From: Candidatus Omnitrophota bacterium
GTDB lineage: Bacteria > Omnitrophota > Gorgyraeia > Duberdicusellales > 4484-171
Reading direction: 5' to 3'
Length of the DNA: 64,000 nucleotides
Assembly: GCA_037146775.1 (NCBI GenBank)
Contig: JBAWWL010000010.1
Location: 12,963 to 76,962 of the forward strand
Each line of letters begins with the position of its first letter. Positions within the stretch are counted from its first letter, which is position 1. Below the pieces are notes generated by a model that worked only from the letters and a program-made list of their open reading frames with translations, did not search any database and was not told the DNA's origin. Below, one piece after another: positions 27,149 to 37,230 of this stretch. A program made the translations under genes and the position numbers.

Positions 27149-28345
27149 TTATCTTGGTTCGGTAGCGCGTATAAGATTTGATTGTTGCGAGCTTAATGCA
27201 TCAAGAAGTTGATCTTCTTTGACTAAGCCAAGTTCTTTTAATATTTCTCCCAAAGCCACTCCCCTTTTCCAGTTAATCATCAAGGCTTCGTCGAGCTGTT
27301 CCTGGGAAAGCATGTGTTTATCCAGGAGAATCTGGCCGAGCGGTTTGTATTGCTGGATAAAGATATCGTCTTTTTTGTATACCTGTAAGTCCAATGCGTC
27401 CGGGGGGTTTATGTTACGGCGGTCGGCCATGAATTTACTGCCGGGGACAGTTTTTAAGTATTTTTTTACTTCGGCTGCCCGCTCGTTTATTTCAATGATA
27501 TTCTTGAATTCGTGGGGCTGGGTTTTATTCACTAGAGCGACGGTTACGCTCATGAGCGGCATTTTTTTAATTTGCCGCAGGCGATCGCGCGCAACCACAA
27601 AGCCCTGTTCGCGGTCTTTTAAAGAGTAATGAAAAGGGATGATGTTGTCGAATAAAAATATAAAATTTTGGCATATTTCTTTATAGCGTTCAGGAGCGGT
27701 AACAAAAACAAAATCGTCGCCGCCGATGTGGCCGATAAAATCATCTTCGCTGGAAAATTTTTTTATCACCGAATACAAAAGATAGGCGGTTTGCATCAAC
27801 ACACGGTCGCCTTTTACATAACCGTATACGTCGTTAAAATACTTAAAATTGTCAATATCGATATGGCCGAAAGTAAATGAGGTGTCTGCTTCGATCTTTT
27901 CGCGTACCACATCTTCGATGAGTCGGCTGCCAGGCAGTCCCGTAAGCGGACTCGAATAAAAACTGTGCTGATAGCGGCGAATGGCTATTTCAATGCGTGT
28001 GCGTAAATCAAGAGGGTCAGGGGGTTTGATCAGATAGTCGTCGATGCCGTGCTTTAGGGTTAAGAGTTGTTCTCTTAGCTGGCGTTTGTTGATAAGGGTA
28101 ATAACCGGAATAAGTGAGGTGATGAAATCATTTTTGATGAGCCGGCAAATTTCCAGATGGGATTTACTTGCGGAATGTACATCTACGACAATAGCGTCAG
28201 GCGCGATGCGTTTGATGACGGCGATATCGTTTATTTTTGATTCTTCGGAAAAAACTTCATATCCCCAACCGTCGAAACAAAAGCGCAAGACGTCAGTGAG
28301 GTGCTTGTCGGACGAAACAATAAGTAGGCGTTTAATTTTTTTCAT
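27149..28345 (-). CDS. Response-regulator receiver + degenerate GGDEF (GGDDF) + C-terminal MshEN-like c-di-GMP-binding domain
   Basis: REC domain at the N-terminus. GDRVL … HIGGDDFVFV block. Last about 55 aa show two tandem (R)LGxxLLxxGLIxxxQLxxAL-like motifs (KPLGQILLDKHMLSQEQLDEAL and ALGEILKELGLVKEDQLLDAL). Confidence 0.65.
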   Translation of the reverse strand: MKKIKRLLIVSSDKHLTDVLRFCFDGWGYEVFSEESKINDIAVIKRIAPDAIVVDVHSASKSHLEICRLIKNDFITSLIPVITLINKRQLREQLLTLKHGIDDYLIKPPDPLDLRTRIEIAIRRYQHSFYSSPLTGLPGSRLIEDVVREKIEADTSFTFGHIDIDNFKYFNDVYGYVKGDRVLMQTAYLLYSVIKKFSSEDDFIGHIGGDDFVFVTAPERYKEICQNFIFLFDNIIPFHYSLKDREQGFVVARDRLRQIKKMPLMSVTVALVNKTQPHEFKNIIEINERAAEVKKYLKTVPGSKFMADRRNINPPDALDLQVYKKDDIFIQQYKPLGQILLDKHMLSQEQLDEALMINWKRGVALGEILKELGLVKEDQLLDALSSQQSNLIRATEPR

Positions 28346-28405
28346 TAACTCAATTTATTATAGCAACAAAAGTGTTAAAAAAGCAAGGAAGTTTTGAAAA
28401 TTTGT

Positions 28406-29458
28406 TCAGGATTTATCGGAATTAAGTAGGTAGAGCGCTTTTTCCAAGACGTTATCCGGAGTGATTGATGTAAGGCATAAAAAGTTTTTTGTGCAATTGT
28501 GCGCCAGACATTCAAAGCAACCTACATTTTTATGCAGATAGATCGATTTGTTACCCAAGGGTTTCCAGCGTTCAGGCGAGAGCCCGGGGTCGCTTCTACC
28601 AAAGATTGATATCACCGGAATACGTAACGCGGCCGCGATATGAACAGGGCCGGAGTCGTTGGAGATGAATAACCGTGAGCGTTTTAAGAGCGAGCCTACC
28701 TCGCTAATAGTTAAGTTACCCCGCAGGTCGATTACGCTGTTCTCTCCTACTATTTTTTGAGCATATGCTTTTTCCCGCTCCGCGGTTATAACGACGATTT
28801 TCATCTTGGTTTTTTCTTTCAGTAGCTTGACGAGTTGGGAAAAATGTTCTTGCGGCCAGCGTTTTGAAGGACACGATGCCGAGGGGTGGATAACGATAAA
28901 CGGATCATTTTCGCTTATGCCATGGCGTGCTAATATGGTTTCTATTGAGTGTTCGGCATCTTTGTGTATGGGGAAATAGAGGTCTCTGTCCACTATGGGT
29001 ATGCCGATTTCACGTAAGATATCAAGCGTATATTCTGACTCATGCTTTGTTCCTTCCTGCTTGAGGTGTTCAATCGGAACGTTTAGGAGCCAGCCTAATT
29101 TTCTATTCCAGCCTACACGCCGCGGGATACCGCTAAAAAAAGTCAGCAGGTTCACGCGATTTGTCGGGTGGAGTATGATTGCCAAGTCAAATTTATATTT
29201 ACGCAAGGTAAATGAGAACCATAAGGTTGCTAAGAAATTTTTATGCCGTTTATCTTTGTCGTAGACGATGATTTCGTCAAGATACGGGTTACCATTGAGA
29301 GCATCTTTAGTGTATGGCCGGCACATAAACGCAAGATAAGCGTTAGGGTAGTAATTGCGTATGTTTTTGATAGCCGGCGTTGAAAGGATGACATCTCCGA
29401 GGCGATCGGTACGAATAATAAGGATTCGTTTAGGATTATTGGTAAAGATGTCCATCAA
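28406..29458 (-). CDS. Glycosyltransferase family 9 (LPS heptosyltransferase)
   Basis: N-terminal ILIIRTDRLGDVILSTPAI GT9 signature. 350 aa. Confidence 0.7.
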   Translation of the reverse strand: MMDIFTNNPKRILIIRTDRLGDVILSTPAIKNIRNYYPNAYLAFMCRPYTKDALNGNPYLDEIIVYDKDKRHKNFLATLWFSFTLRKYKFDLAIILHPTNRVNLLTFFSGIPRRVGWNRKLGWLLNVPIEHLKQEGTKHESEYTLDILREIGIPIVDRDLYFPIHKDAEHSIETILARHGISENDPFIVIHPSASCPSKRWPQEHFSQLVKLLKEKTKMKIVVITAEREKAYAQKIVGENSVIDLRGNLTISEVGSLLKRSRLFISNDSGPVHIAAALRIPVISIFGRSDPGLSPERWKPLGNKSIYLHKNVGCFECLAHNCTKNFLCLTSITPDNVLEKALYLLNSDKS

Positions 29459-30429
29459 TCCTCCACTCTATTGCCGGCGTTTTTATGATACATATCGTTA
29501 TAGAGCTGCTGCACTGCCTTAACTACTTGCCCGGGGTTTATTTCCATACATTGATGATTCATGTGGCAATGCGGCTTCTCGCAAGGAACACAGGGTAGTT
29601 GTTCATTATACAGTACCGTGTACTTTGTGGACCAGGGGCCGTAACGCTGGGGGCTGTTTTGCCCGAAAAGCGCCACTGTCGGAATATTAAGATAACTTGT
29701 GATATGTAAGATGCTTGAATCAACGCACACCAGAAGCTGACAATGTTTTTTTATAAGATAAAATACTTCATGTATGGCGGTTTTGCCGACGAGGTCAACT
29801 ATGCCTTCCATACCAAGAATGTCTTTGTAAAATTGACGGTCACGTTCCTGGCCCAAGATAATCATAGGAGCAACTTGCTTTAATTGCCTTATGGTTTCGG
29901 CTAAATGTTTATAAGGGTATTGTTTTTGCAGGGCATTTGAAGCGCAGGCGATAAATATTGCGTTGGGCAATTTATAATTTTCCCATTTTTTACTTTCGGT
30001 ATCATTTAGAATAAAATCGCTGATGGCCCTAGGCGCTTTCGGGGCAAATGGGGCTATGAGCGCAAGATAGGCGTCTTTTGCGTGCTGGTGGGAAGTTTTT
30101 GCCCGGCAAAAAGGCGTGTGTTTTCCTCCGCTTACAAGTGGAAGCAGCGAATTCTTCAAATCAACCATCAAGTCGCAGCTGCCGGCTAAAGAAAACGCGA
30201 AACGCATTTTTTTCCAAATATTCCAACGTTTATCAAAAACGAGTACGCGGTTAATATTATTATGGCGACTGAAAAATTCTTCTGTCTGGCGTGAGGCTAT
30301 AACGCTGATCTGGCTTGCAGGGTAACACGATCTCAACGCGTCTATGACCGGTAATCCCAGGACAGTGTCGCCTATGTTAGTGGGAAAATTTATGGTAATA
30401 CGATGATAATAAGGTTCATTCTTAGGCAT
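29455..30429 (-). CDS. Glycosyltransferase family 9 (LPS heptosyltransferase)
   Basis: GT9 fold motifs (ITINFPTNIGDTVLGLPVI). Overlaps both neighbours (operon). Confidence 0.65.
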   Translation of the reverse strand: MPKNEPYYHRITINFPTNIGDTVLGLPVIDALRSCYPASQISVIASRQTEEFFSRHNNINRVLVFDKRWNIWKKMRFAFSLAGSCDLMVDLKNSLLPLVSGGKHTPFCRAKTSHQHAKDAYLALIAPFAPKAPRAISDFILNDTESKKWENYKLPNAIFIACASNALQKQYPYKHLAETIRQLKQVAPMIILGQERDRQFYKDILGMEGIVDLVGKTAIHEVFYLIKKHCQLLVCVDSSILHITSYLNIPTVALFGQNSPQRYGPWSTKYTVLYNEQLPCVPCEKPHCHMNHQCMEINPGQVVKAVQQLYNDMYHKNAGNRVED

Positions 30430-31432
30430 GTTTTAAAATGGATTGTATTTCCAGCAAAACGTCTTCCACGCTGATTGCTTTCATGCACACATTATTTTTA
30501 CAGTCTAGGCGGTAACAAGGGGTGGGACAGTCAAGATGCTTCCTGATAACTGTTACATGTTTTCCTATTGGTCTGGCAATCTTTTCTGAGGTAGGTCCAA
30601 AGAGAGCGAGGGTGTGTACTCCTGTGGCAGCGGCCAAATGTGCAGGCCCTGAATCTGCCGAGATAAAGATATCCATCTCCTCTATCAATGCGGCTAGTTC
30701 CGGCAAGTCAGTTTTACCGCAGAGATTATACGGTTTTTCTTGCATCAAATTTGCGATTTCTTCAGCGCAGGAACAGTCTCTTGATGCACCGACAAGAATT
30801 ATTGCGCATTTTGTTTCTTTGGTCAGCCGATCAGCGAGCTTAGCGATATATGCCGCTGGCCAGCGCTTCAGGTGCCAGTTTCCCGAAGGATTAATACCTA
30901 TAAGATACGAATATTTTTTACGTGCTTCTTCGATCAGCCATCTATATTTTTCCTTCTGCTTTTCTGTAGTATATAATTTAGGCAGCTTATCGTTGATAAT
31001 AATTCCCATTTCTTCAAAAAGACACAAGTAATAATCTTGACGATGAAGATTACCCGCCGGCGGCGTAATCGCGGCATTTATTACTCCAATGGTTTTTAGG
31101 CGACGGTAGCCTATTCGTCTTTTTATGCCGGCCAGCCAACAAATCAGCGCGCGGGTAAATGAGCGATGTATTAAAAAAGCTGTATCGAATTTTTTTGCTT
31201 TGAGTAATTTTACGAAACGCAGTTTTGCGAGGAGGCTTCTTTGGGATGTTTTTTCGTCAAAAATTATGATTTCATCGATATATGGATTATTCGCAAACAC
31301 GCCCCTGACCCGTTCGGGAGCCATTACCGCCACATATGCGGAAGGAAATTTTTCTTTAAGCGCCCGAAATGCGGGTGTAGTAATGATGGCGTCGCCTATC
31401 CAGTTAATATTAACTACAAGAATACGATTCAT
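30422..31432 (-). CDS. Glycosyltransferase family 9 (heptosyltransferase, WaaC/WaaF-like)
   Basis: ILVVNINWIGDAIITTPAFRALK GT9 signature. 336 aa. Confidence 0.7.
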   Translation of the reverse strand: MNRILVVNINWIGDAIITTPAFRALKEKFPSAYVAVMAPERVRGVFANNPYIDEIIIFDEKTSQRSLLAKLRFVKLLKAKKFDTAFLIHRSFTRALICWLAGIKRRIGYRRLKTIGVINAAITPPAGNLHRQDYYLCLFEEMGIIINDKLPKLYTTEKQKEKYRWLIEEARKKYSYLIGINPSGNWHLKRWPAAYIAKLADRLTKETKCAIILVGASRDCSCAEEIANLMQEKPYNLCGKTDLPELAALIEEMDIFISADSGPAHLAAATGVHTLALFGPTSEKIARPIGKHVTVIRKHLDCPTPCYRLDCKNNVCMKAISVEDVLLEIQSILKHA

Positions 31433-31474
31433 TATTCCGGATATAAAGTTTACGTATGTGTGGTGAAGTAATCC

Positions 31475-32242
31475 TTAGTACGGTTTTTTAACATTTTTAA
31501 AAAGAGTATAAAAACCGCTTAATTTTGCCCATAAGCTTATATGTGAATCGCGGTTGGTGGCTTTGATTCTGCGTAACGCAAAGCGATCCAGCTGCTTTGA
31601 GAAGCCCCGGTTCGTGGCGCAGGCGCATAGATATCTGACCGAGGCTACTTCATTGAGCGTGCGTTCGTCAAAGGCTCCTCCCGGATAAGCGATTGCGGTT
31701 ATTTCGCAGGAAAATAGGCGCGAGAGTGTTTCTTTTGAGCCTTGGATTTCGCGGGTAAGCTTTTCGCGGCTTATTTTTGATAAATCCGGATGGGTAAGTG
31801 TGTGCGAGCCGATTTGTACCTTTGTATTTTTTAGGAACGTGCGTATATCGTCTTGTGAGAGATATCCCGGTTGATTAATTTTATTAACTACTATAAATAT
31901 AGTCGCGGGAAAATTGAATACGCGTAAGATGCGTATTGCCTCTAGATTATTCTTGTAGCCGTCATCCAGAGTTATCACTACCAGGTTTCGAGCGGGCCGT
32001 TTATTGGCTTTGAGAAGCTGGGCGTATTCCTGAAGAGAGATGACTTTATAGTCGTTGTTTTTGATATATTGCATCTGTTGATAGAAATGAGCAGGAGTCA
32101 CTGTATTGTTACTCTTTGTTTTTGCGTTGTCTATCGAATGGTACATGAGAATGGGGACGGTATAGTTTTGGTCAGCATAAAACCAGAAAAATATTCCAAA
32201 AAACAGAATAACCGCAAATATGATTTTTAACAATGTTTTCAT
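31475..32242 (-). CDS. Polysaccharide deacetylase (NodB homology domain)
   Basis: ITLDDGYKNN and FPATIFIV motifs. N-terminal TM anchor. Confidence 0.65.
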   Translation of the reverse strand: MKTLLKIIFAVILFFGIFFWFYADQNYTVPILMYHSIDNAKTKSNNTVTPAHFYQQMQYIKNNDYKVISLQEYAQLLKANKRPARNLVVITLDDGYKNNLEAIRILRVFNFPATIFIVVNKINQPGYLSQDDIRTFLKNTKVQIGSHTLTHPDLSKISREKLTREIQGSKETLSRLFSCEITAIAYPGGAFDERTLNEVASVRYLCACATNRGFSKQLDRFALRRIKATNRDSHISLWAKLSGFYTLFKNVKKPY

Positions 32243-33312
32243 CTTATCAACTCCTTGTAAACATTTTCTGTCGCAGTAGCCATTCTCGCCAGCGAAAACA
32301 GAGAAACGTCTTCACGGGCATTCTCGACAAGTTGCGTGCAGAGATTACGATGAGACAGGATCCCTTCGATTGCTTCTTGCAGGCTGGAGCCGTCGTGATG
32401 ATAAAAGAGAACGCCATTTTCGCCGTTACGAATTATTTCGGCAATGCCACCGGTATTGAAGCCGACAACTGGTACCCCCTTAGCAAAGGCTTCGACTATC
32501 GCGTAGCCGAACCCCTCTCTCTTTGAAGGTACGACCAGTATGTCCGGAATATCCAAAAAATCCTTTGAATCCATATCGAAAAATTTCACCCGCTGCTCCA
32601 GGTCGGCAAGTTTGAAAAAAAGCTTCAGTTGCCGCAGCAACCTCCCCTTGCCGCTTACCGCAAGATAGACGTTGGGGTGATTAAACGAAAGTAACTTTAA
32701 CGCTTCGGCAGCGATAAAATGGCCTTTTTCTTCGGAAATCCTGCCCAGGATCCCTATAACAAAATCAGTTTCCTTAAAACCGTAATCAATCTTTGATTTT
32801 CGGCGTACGGTGAATTCTTTTTCGTCGATACCATTGTGGATCATTCTGATCTTACTTTCGTCTATGTGCATGTCTTGGTGTAAATGTTTTTTGACAGCTT
32901 CGCTCACTGCGATAGTACGTAATCCTGCCAGTTTGAAATGCCTGCGCCATACCGTAGGCTGGTGAAAGCCATGAAAGGTGCTTATGTAGGGAATTTTGCG
33001 CAGTTTATATGTCAAATAAGCGAGATATTGCGTTACGCGTGTATTGGCATGAATAATCTGGATTTGTTCGCGAGCGACAAAAGACAGCAATGCGTTTAAT
33101 GACAGAGGTATTTTCAGGCTGCAGATTGATTTTGTTTTAATCGGCAGATATATGTGCGTAATATTAGATTGGGTGAGTTTCGGCAGCCATTCGCCGCCCG
33201 AAGACCCTACCCAAACCCGGTGGCCACGTTCCTTGAGCCCTTTAGCGAGATTTAATGTATAACGAGAAATGCCTGCCGGGTTAAAATGAGTGCAGAGAAT
33301 AAGAATATTCAT
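32239..33312 (-). CDS. Glycosyltransferase family 4 (GT-B)
   Basis: Start set at the internal Met (MNILILCT…), whose ATG overlaps the stop of the upstream gene. EGFGYAIVEA GT4 motif. The ORF track gives 32239..33429. Confidence 0.7.
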   Translation of the reverse strand: MNILILCTHFNPAGISRYTLNLAKGLKERGHRVWVGSSGGEWLPKLTQSNITHIYLPIKTKSICSLKIPLSLNALLSFVAREQIQIIHANTRVTQYLAYLTYKLRKIPYISTFHGFHQPTVWRRHFKLAGLRTIAVSEAVKKHLHQDMHIDESKIRMIHNGIDEKEFTVRRKSKIDYGFKETDFVIGILGRISEEKGHFIAAEALKLLSFNHPNVYLAVSGKGRLLRQLKLFFKLADLEQRVKFFDMDSKDFLDIPDILVVPSKREGFGYAIVEAFAKGVPVVGFNTGGIAEIIRNGENGVLFYHHDGSSLQEAIEGILSHRNLCTQLVENAREDVSLFSLARMATATENVYKELIR

Positions 33313-35378
33313 CAGTCTGTGAGTATCTCTTTTATTTTTGCGAATACTTCCTGGGGGGTAATTTTTTTCATGCACAAATCTTTTTCTTCCGTCTTTTTCT
33401 TGCATTGCGGCGAGTAACAAAATGAGCATAAAAGGTCTTTACAGAATATATGCAGGTTGTTTGCTTTTATCGTATGTCTATTTGGGTCGGTTGGGCCAAA
33501 AAATGCAATCGTAGGAATGCCTATTGCCTGTGCCAGATGCAGGGTGGCCGTGTCCGGCGTGATAAACAGTTTTAGCTTGCTGAACAATACCGGTAAATCT
33601 TGCAGTGATGTTTTTGCACATAGATTGACGGGGCGAGGGGTAATATAAGATTCAATTTTATCTGCCTTTTCTTTTGCGCTTTCGTCTCCGATTAAAACGA
33701 CTTTATAATACGGTAGGTGCTTATAGATGAGTTCGATTAAATTAACTACGTGTGCGAACGGCCAGTTTTTCGATTGCCAGCGCTTCGACGCAGATATATT
33801 GATGCCGATAAGATTATCTCCGTCTATGTTTAGCTTCGCAGCCGGTTCTTTTGGTTCCCAGAATAAAAGCTTTTTATCGGCGATCGAGATACCCAACAGC
33901 TGCAGAATACGTTCCTGCGAAGTAAGCGGATCGTCGGCATGGTTAGTGCGTATATGTTTTGTAAGCAGAAAACCCCAGCGTAAGGAATATCCTAATGAAT
34001 AATGAGGGTAGCTTAAATATGAAATTAAATGTGAAGCATGGTTATTCTGAAGATCAATTATATAATCAAATCCCTTGCGGCGCAGGATCCGGGCTACGGT
34101 TTTTATGTTGGCAAATTTTTTATAATCAACGTCGAGCGTGATGACTTCGTCAAGATACGGGCATCCGTATAAGATTGGCGCGTATTGTTTCAGAGTGAGC
34201 AGGCAGATTTTTCCTTCCGGAAAGCGTTCCTTCAAGGCTTTCAGGGATGGAATTGCCAGGATTAAGTCGCCCAGGGAAGAGATTTTAATGATGAGAATGC
34301 GAAAATAGCTGATAGTTTTTTGATATACAGCTTGTGTTTCTTTGAGGCACTTTTCCATTGAGTAGAGTCTTTCGACTTTCTCTCGCGCATTTTTTGCTAA
34401 CGTATCGGCGAGCGTGTTATCGCCGAGCAGTTTGACCATTGCATTGGCTATCGCTTCGCTGTTCTTTGGCTCAACGCTGATGCCGTCGATATTATCTTCG
34501 ATAATCTCGCTTACTCCGCCAACGTTGGTGGCGATAACCGGGATGCCGCAGGCATATGCTTCCAGTACCGATCGCGGAAAAGCCTCGTCAATTACCGAAG
34601 GTACTATGACCATCCGCGCGTGGCTCAACACATTCTCGACGTCGGGCCTAAAACCAATAAATTTTACATTGCGATCGAGAGCATAGCGGTTTACCAATGT
34701 CTTTAGGTGCTGTAAATAATCGAGTTTTGATTTATCGGCAGAACCGACAATTTCCAAGGTTAAAAATGGGTTGTTCCTCATTACTTTTTTGAATGCTTCG
34801 ATGAGATATTCGTACCCTTTGGAAGGAGAAACGCGCCCCACGCTGACAATGATGTTGCTATTTTTTCTTATCTCAGGATCGGTGTAGGTGAATTTATGCA
34901 GATTTACCCAACGGTTTATTACTACGATTTTGTCTTCGCTCACCCCGAATGTTTCTTTCATGTGCCGGGCAACGGCTTTTGACGGACAAATGACAAATTT
35001 ACCCCAGCCCATTACTTCGCTGGAAGATTTACTTTTATAGATGCCATGGATTGTGGTAATAAAATATGCCTTGCGGCCTCTGGAAGCAAAAAAACTGATC
35101 CAGCCGGGTACCCGTGAGCGGGCATGAATAATATCTACATGCTCTTTCTCGAGTATTTTGCGTAGGTCGGAAATAAGAAAAAACGAAAAAAGAGACTTTT
35201 TATAGACCGGTAGGGTATAATGCGGGATACCCTCGGCCGCCAATTGCTCTACCAGGCGCCCGCCACCGCTGACGACAATATTTTGGATGTCTTTATCTTT
35301 GAAATAGGTGGCTAAGTCAATCACTCCTCGTTCAACGCCGCCAATCTCCATGTATGGCAAAATCTGCATTATTTTCAT
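33312..35378 (-). CDS. Bifunctional GT4 glycosyltransferase - GT9 heptosyltransferase fusion
   Basis: N-terminal half has GT4 motifs (EAFPRSVLEAYACGIPVIAT). C-terminal half has the GT9 signature (ILIIKISSLGDLILAIPSLKAL). Start set at MKIMQIL…, preceded by GGGGG. 689 aa. Confidence 0.65.
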   Translation of the reverse strand: MKIMQILPYMEIGGVERGVIDLATYFKDKDIQNIVVSGGGRLVEQLAAEGIPHYTLPVYKKSLFSFFLISDLRKILEKEHVDIIHARSRVPGWISFFASRGRKAYFITTIHGIYKSKSSSEVMGWGKFVICPSKAVARHMKETFGVSEDKIVVINRWVNLHKFTYTDPEIRKNSNIIVSVGRVSPSKGYEYLIEAFKKVMRNNPFLTLEIVGSADKSKLDYLQHLKTLVNRYALDRNVKFIGFRPDVENVLSHARMVIVPSVIDEAFPRSVLEAYACGIPVIATNVGGVSEIIEDNIDGISVEPKNSEAIANAMVKLLGDNTLADTLAKNAREKVERLYSMEKCLKETQAVYQKTISYFRILIIKISSLGDLILAIPSLKALKERFPEGKICLLTLKQYAPILYGCPYLDEVITLDVDYKKFANIKTVARILRRKGFDYIIDLQNNHASHLISYLSYPHYSLGYSLRWGFLLTKHIRTNHADDPLTSQERILQLLGISIADKKLLFWEPKEPAAKLNIDGDNLIGINISASKRWQSKNWPFAHVVNLIELIYKHLPYYKVVLIGDESAKEKADKIESYITPRPVNLCAKTSLQDLPVLFSKLKLFITPDTATLHLAQAIGIPTIAFFGPTDPNRHTIKANNLHIFCKDLLCSFCYSPQCKKKTEEKDLCMKKITPQEVFAKIKEILTD

Positions 35379-35406
35379 TGATTTCCCCCGGAAAATGATC
35401 GTTATA

Positions 35407-37212
35407 TCACAATAATCTTCGGATGCCTTCTCTGACTGCCTTCTTGTTGTAATTAAAAATAGAAGGAGTAACAGATTTAATATCACCTATATTATACGGT
35501 TTATCTAGAAAATTGACATCATTTTCTAAAGACTCTAAAAACACTTTATGTTTATCTATGTGTTTTTCCAGCAGGACGCAGACACATAATTTTCCTAATG
35601 CGGCGATTTCAGAGATCATCGAAATGCTTTCGCTTGTAACAAAAACAATATCTGCAAGCGAAGAAAAACCGTCAAAGACACAATCATAGTTTTGCCGGCT
35701 GGGGTAAACGATAGCTTCGGTATTTTTAAACGGGGCTAATTCTTTTTCGACATACATCTCGAGTATTTTTGGGGTGCGTCTTGAAGTGCTGGCGATAATA
35801 CCGTAGTTGTGCGTAAGGCAGAATTCTTTTAAGCGCATGACAAAGGTGGCCAGATTTGTGGTATATCCTTGCGTATCGGATATCGGGCCGCCTAAAAAAA
35901 ATGCTACTTTCTTTTTTTCGCTTAAGCTAAAAATCCCTCTGCATTCATTGATTTTGTCGGTAACCTTGGCGGGATAGGTGAGTGCGCCTTTTATCTTGAC
36001 TGTACGGGGCCCTTCGATGCGGTCGTGCAAAGGAATGATGCTCAGATCGAATTTGCGTAAAGGAATATTGGGGCGCAGAATAACCACTGACTTTGCTCCC
36101 AGCGAAGCAGCCATGATTTTATTGACCGGTGCAACCGTACTGCCGGTGCTTACGACGATATCGGCGTAGGTATGCTCTATTTCTTCTTTGGTCCGTTTAC
36201 TTAACAGCCATTTTAAGCAGCTACCGCAGCCGGTGCATGCCTTGCAGGAAAATAATGCACAGGTTTCTGCCACTATGCGCGCGAGAGCGTTTTTGTATTG
36301 GATGTTGATGATTTTGCTGCGAATAATAAACTCTTCTTCCGAAAATATCGACACAAACGCTTTTGATTGTTTTAGGTGTCCCGGTTTTGCGTCGCTTATG
36401 ATCGCGATATCCAAATCCTTTTTGCGTTTGAAACGCTTATGGCACCATAGATATTCCCAAGGGTATTTTTCCAAATAACGTTCATAAATACAGTTTAATT
36501 CGCGCAATATATCCGCATCTTCCCTGGATTGAGGGTCGATCGGCTTGCCAATCTCGACTGTGCTGGAAAAATCTTTTTCACGGTAACCGAAACAGGGATA
36601 TATTTTTTTATTCAGTTTTTTCGCCAAATAAACAGCTCCGCTTGGTGTGGGAACCATATGTGTAAAGAATTGAACTGTAAGCGCGTTATCCTCCGCTCCG
36701 TGATCAATGACCATACCAATGACATAGCCGTTGTGCAGGCTGCGTACCGCGTCTTTAAGAGAATAGGTAAGCTCAAGAGACGACTCGGCGCGTAATTCGC
36801 CAAGGAAAGCATCAAGGTGTTTCTTTTTTTGTTCTTTTGCGAACATTTTATATTTAAGCCGGCTTGCGATGAGATAATTATAAATTTCCCAACTGCCTTC
36901 GTGGATAGCAACAAGAATGCCACCGTCTTTATCGATATGCTCCAGGCCTTTTACGGTAACGTATTTGAGTATGCGTGGAGCGATCATACTTTCGATTCCT
37001 GCCAGAGCCAGATAGTTAAAGTGTTTGCGGATAATATGTCTTATCTCAGCATTACTTTTCTGAGGAAATACTGATTTTAGGTTTTTAAAGGCAATGCGTC
37101 GTTTTTTGAGGTTGTAATAAAGAACACAACCTACGAGGTTGCCTAGCCACAGCGAACACCAAAGAGGCGCACGCAAAAAAATAGTTCTAAAAAATTTCGC
37201 GAGATAATACAT
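35407..37212 (-). CDS. Lipid A late acyltransferase (LpxL/HtrB-like) fused to ELM1-like (DUF1022) domain
   Basis: N-terminal 250 aa are LPLAT/LpxL-like (…HEGSWEIYN…). The C-terminal about 330 aa begin DIAIISDAKPGHLKQSKA, the conserved start of ELM1-like proteins. Confidence 0.55.
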   Translation of the reverse strand: MYYLAKFFRTIFLRAPLWCSLWLGNLVGCVLYYNLKKRRIAFKNLKSVFPQKSNAEIRHIIRKHFNYLALAGIESMIAPRILKYVTVKGLEHIDKDGGILVAIHEGSWEIYNYLIASRLKYKMFAKEQKKKHLDAFLGELRAESSLELTYSLKDAVRSLHNGYVIGMVIDHGAEDNALTVQFFTHMVPTPSGAVYLAKKLNKKIYPCFGYREKDFSSTVEIGKPIDPQSREDADILRELNCIYERYLEKYPWEYLWCHKRFKRKKDLDIAIISDAKPGHLKQSKAFVSIFSEEEFIIRSKIINIQYKNALARIVAETCALFSCKACTGCGSCLKWLLSKRTKEEIEHTYADIVVSTGSTVAPVNKIMAASLGAKSVVILRPNIPLRKFDLSIIPLHDRIEGPRTVKIKGALTYPAKVTDKINECRGIFSLSEKKKVAFFLGGPISDTQGYTTNLATFVMRLKEFCLTHNYGIIASTSRRTPKILEMYVEKELAPFKNTEAIVYPSRQNYDCVFDGFSSLADIVFVTSESISMISEIAALGKLCVCVLLEKHIDKHKVFLESLENDVNFLDKPYNIGDIKSVTPSIFNYNKKAVREGIRRLL

Positions 37213-37230
37213 GTTTGTATTTATTCCTTT

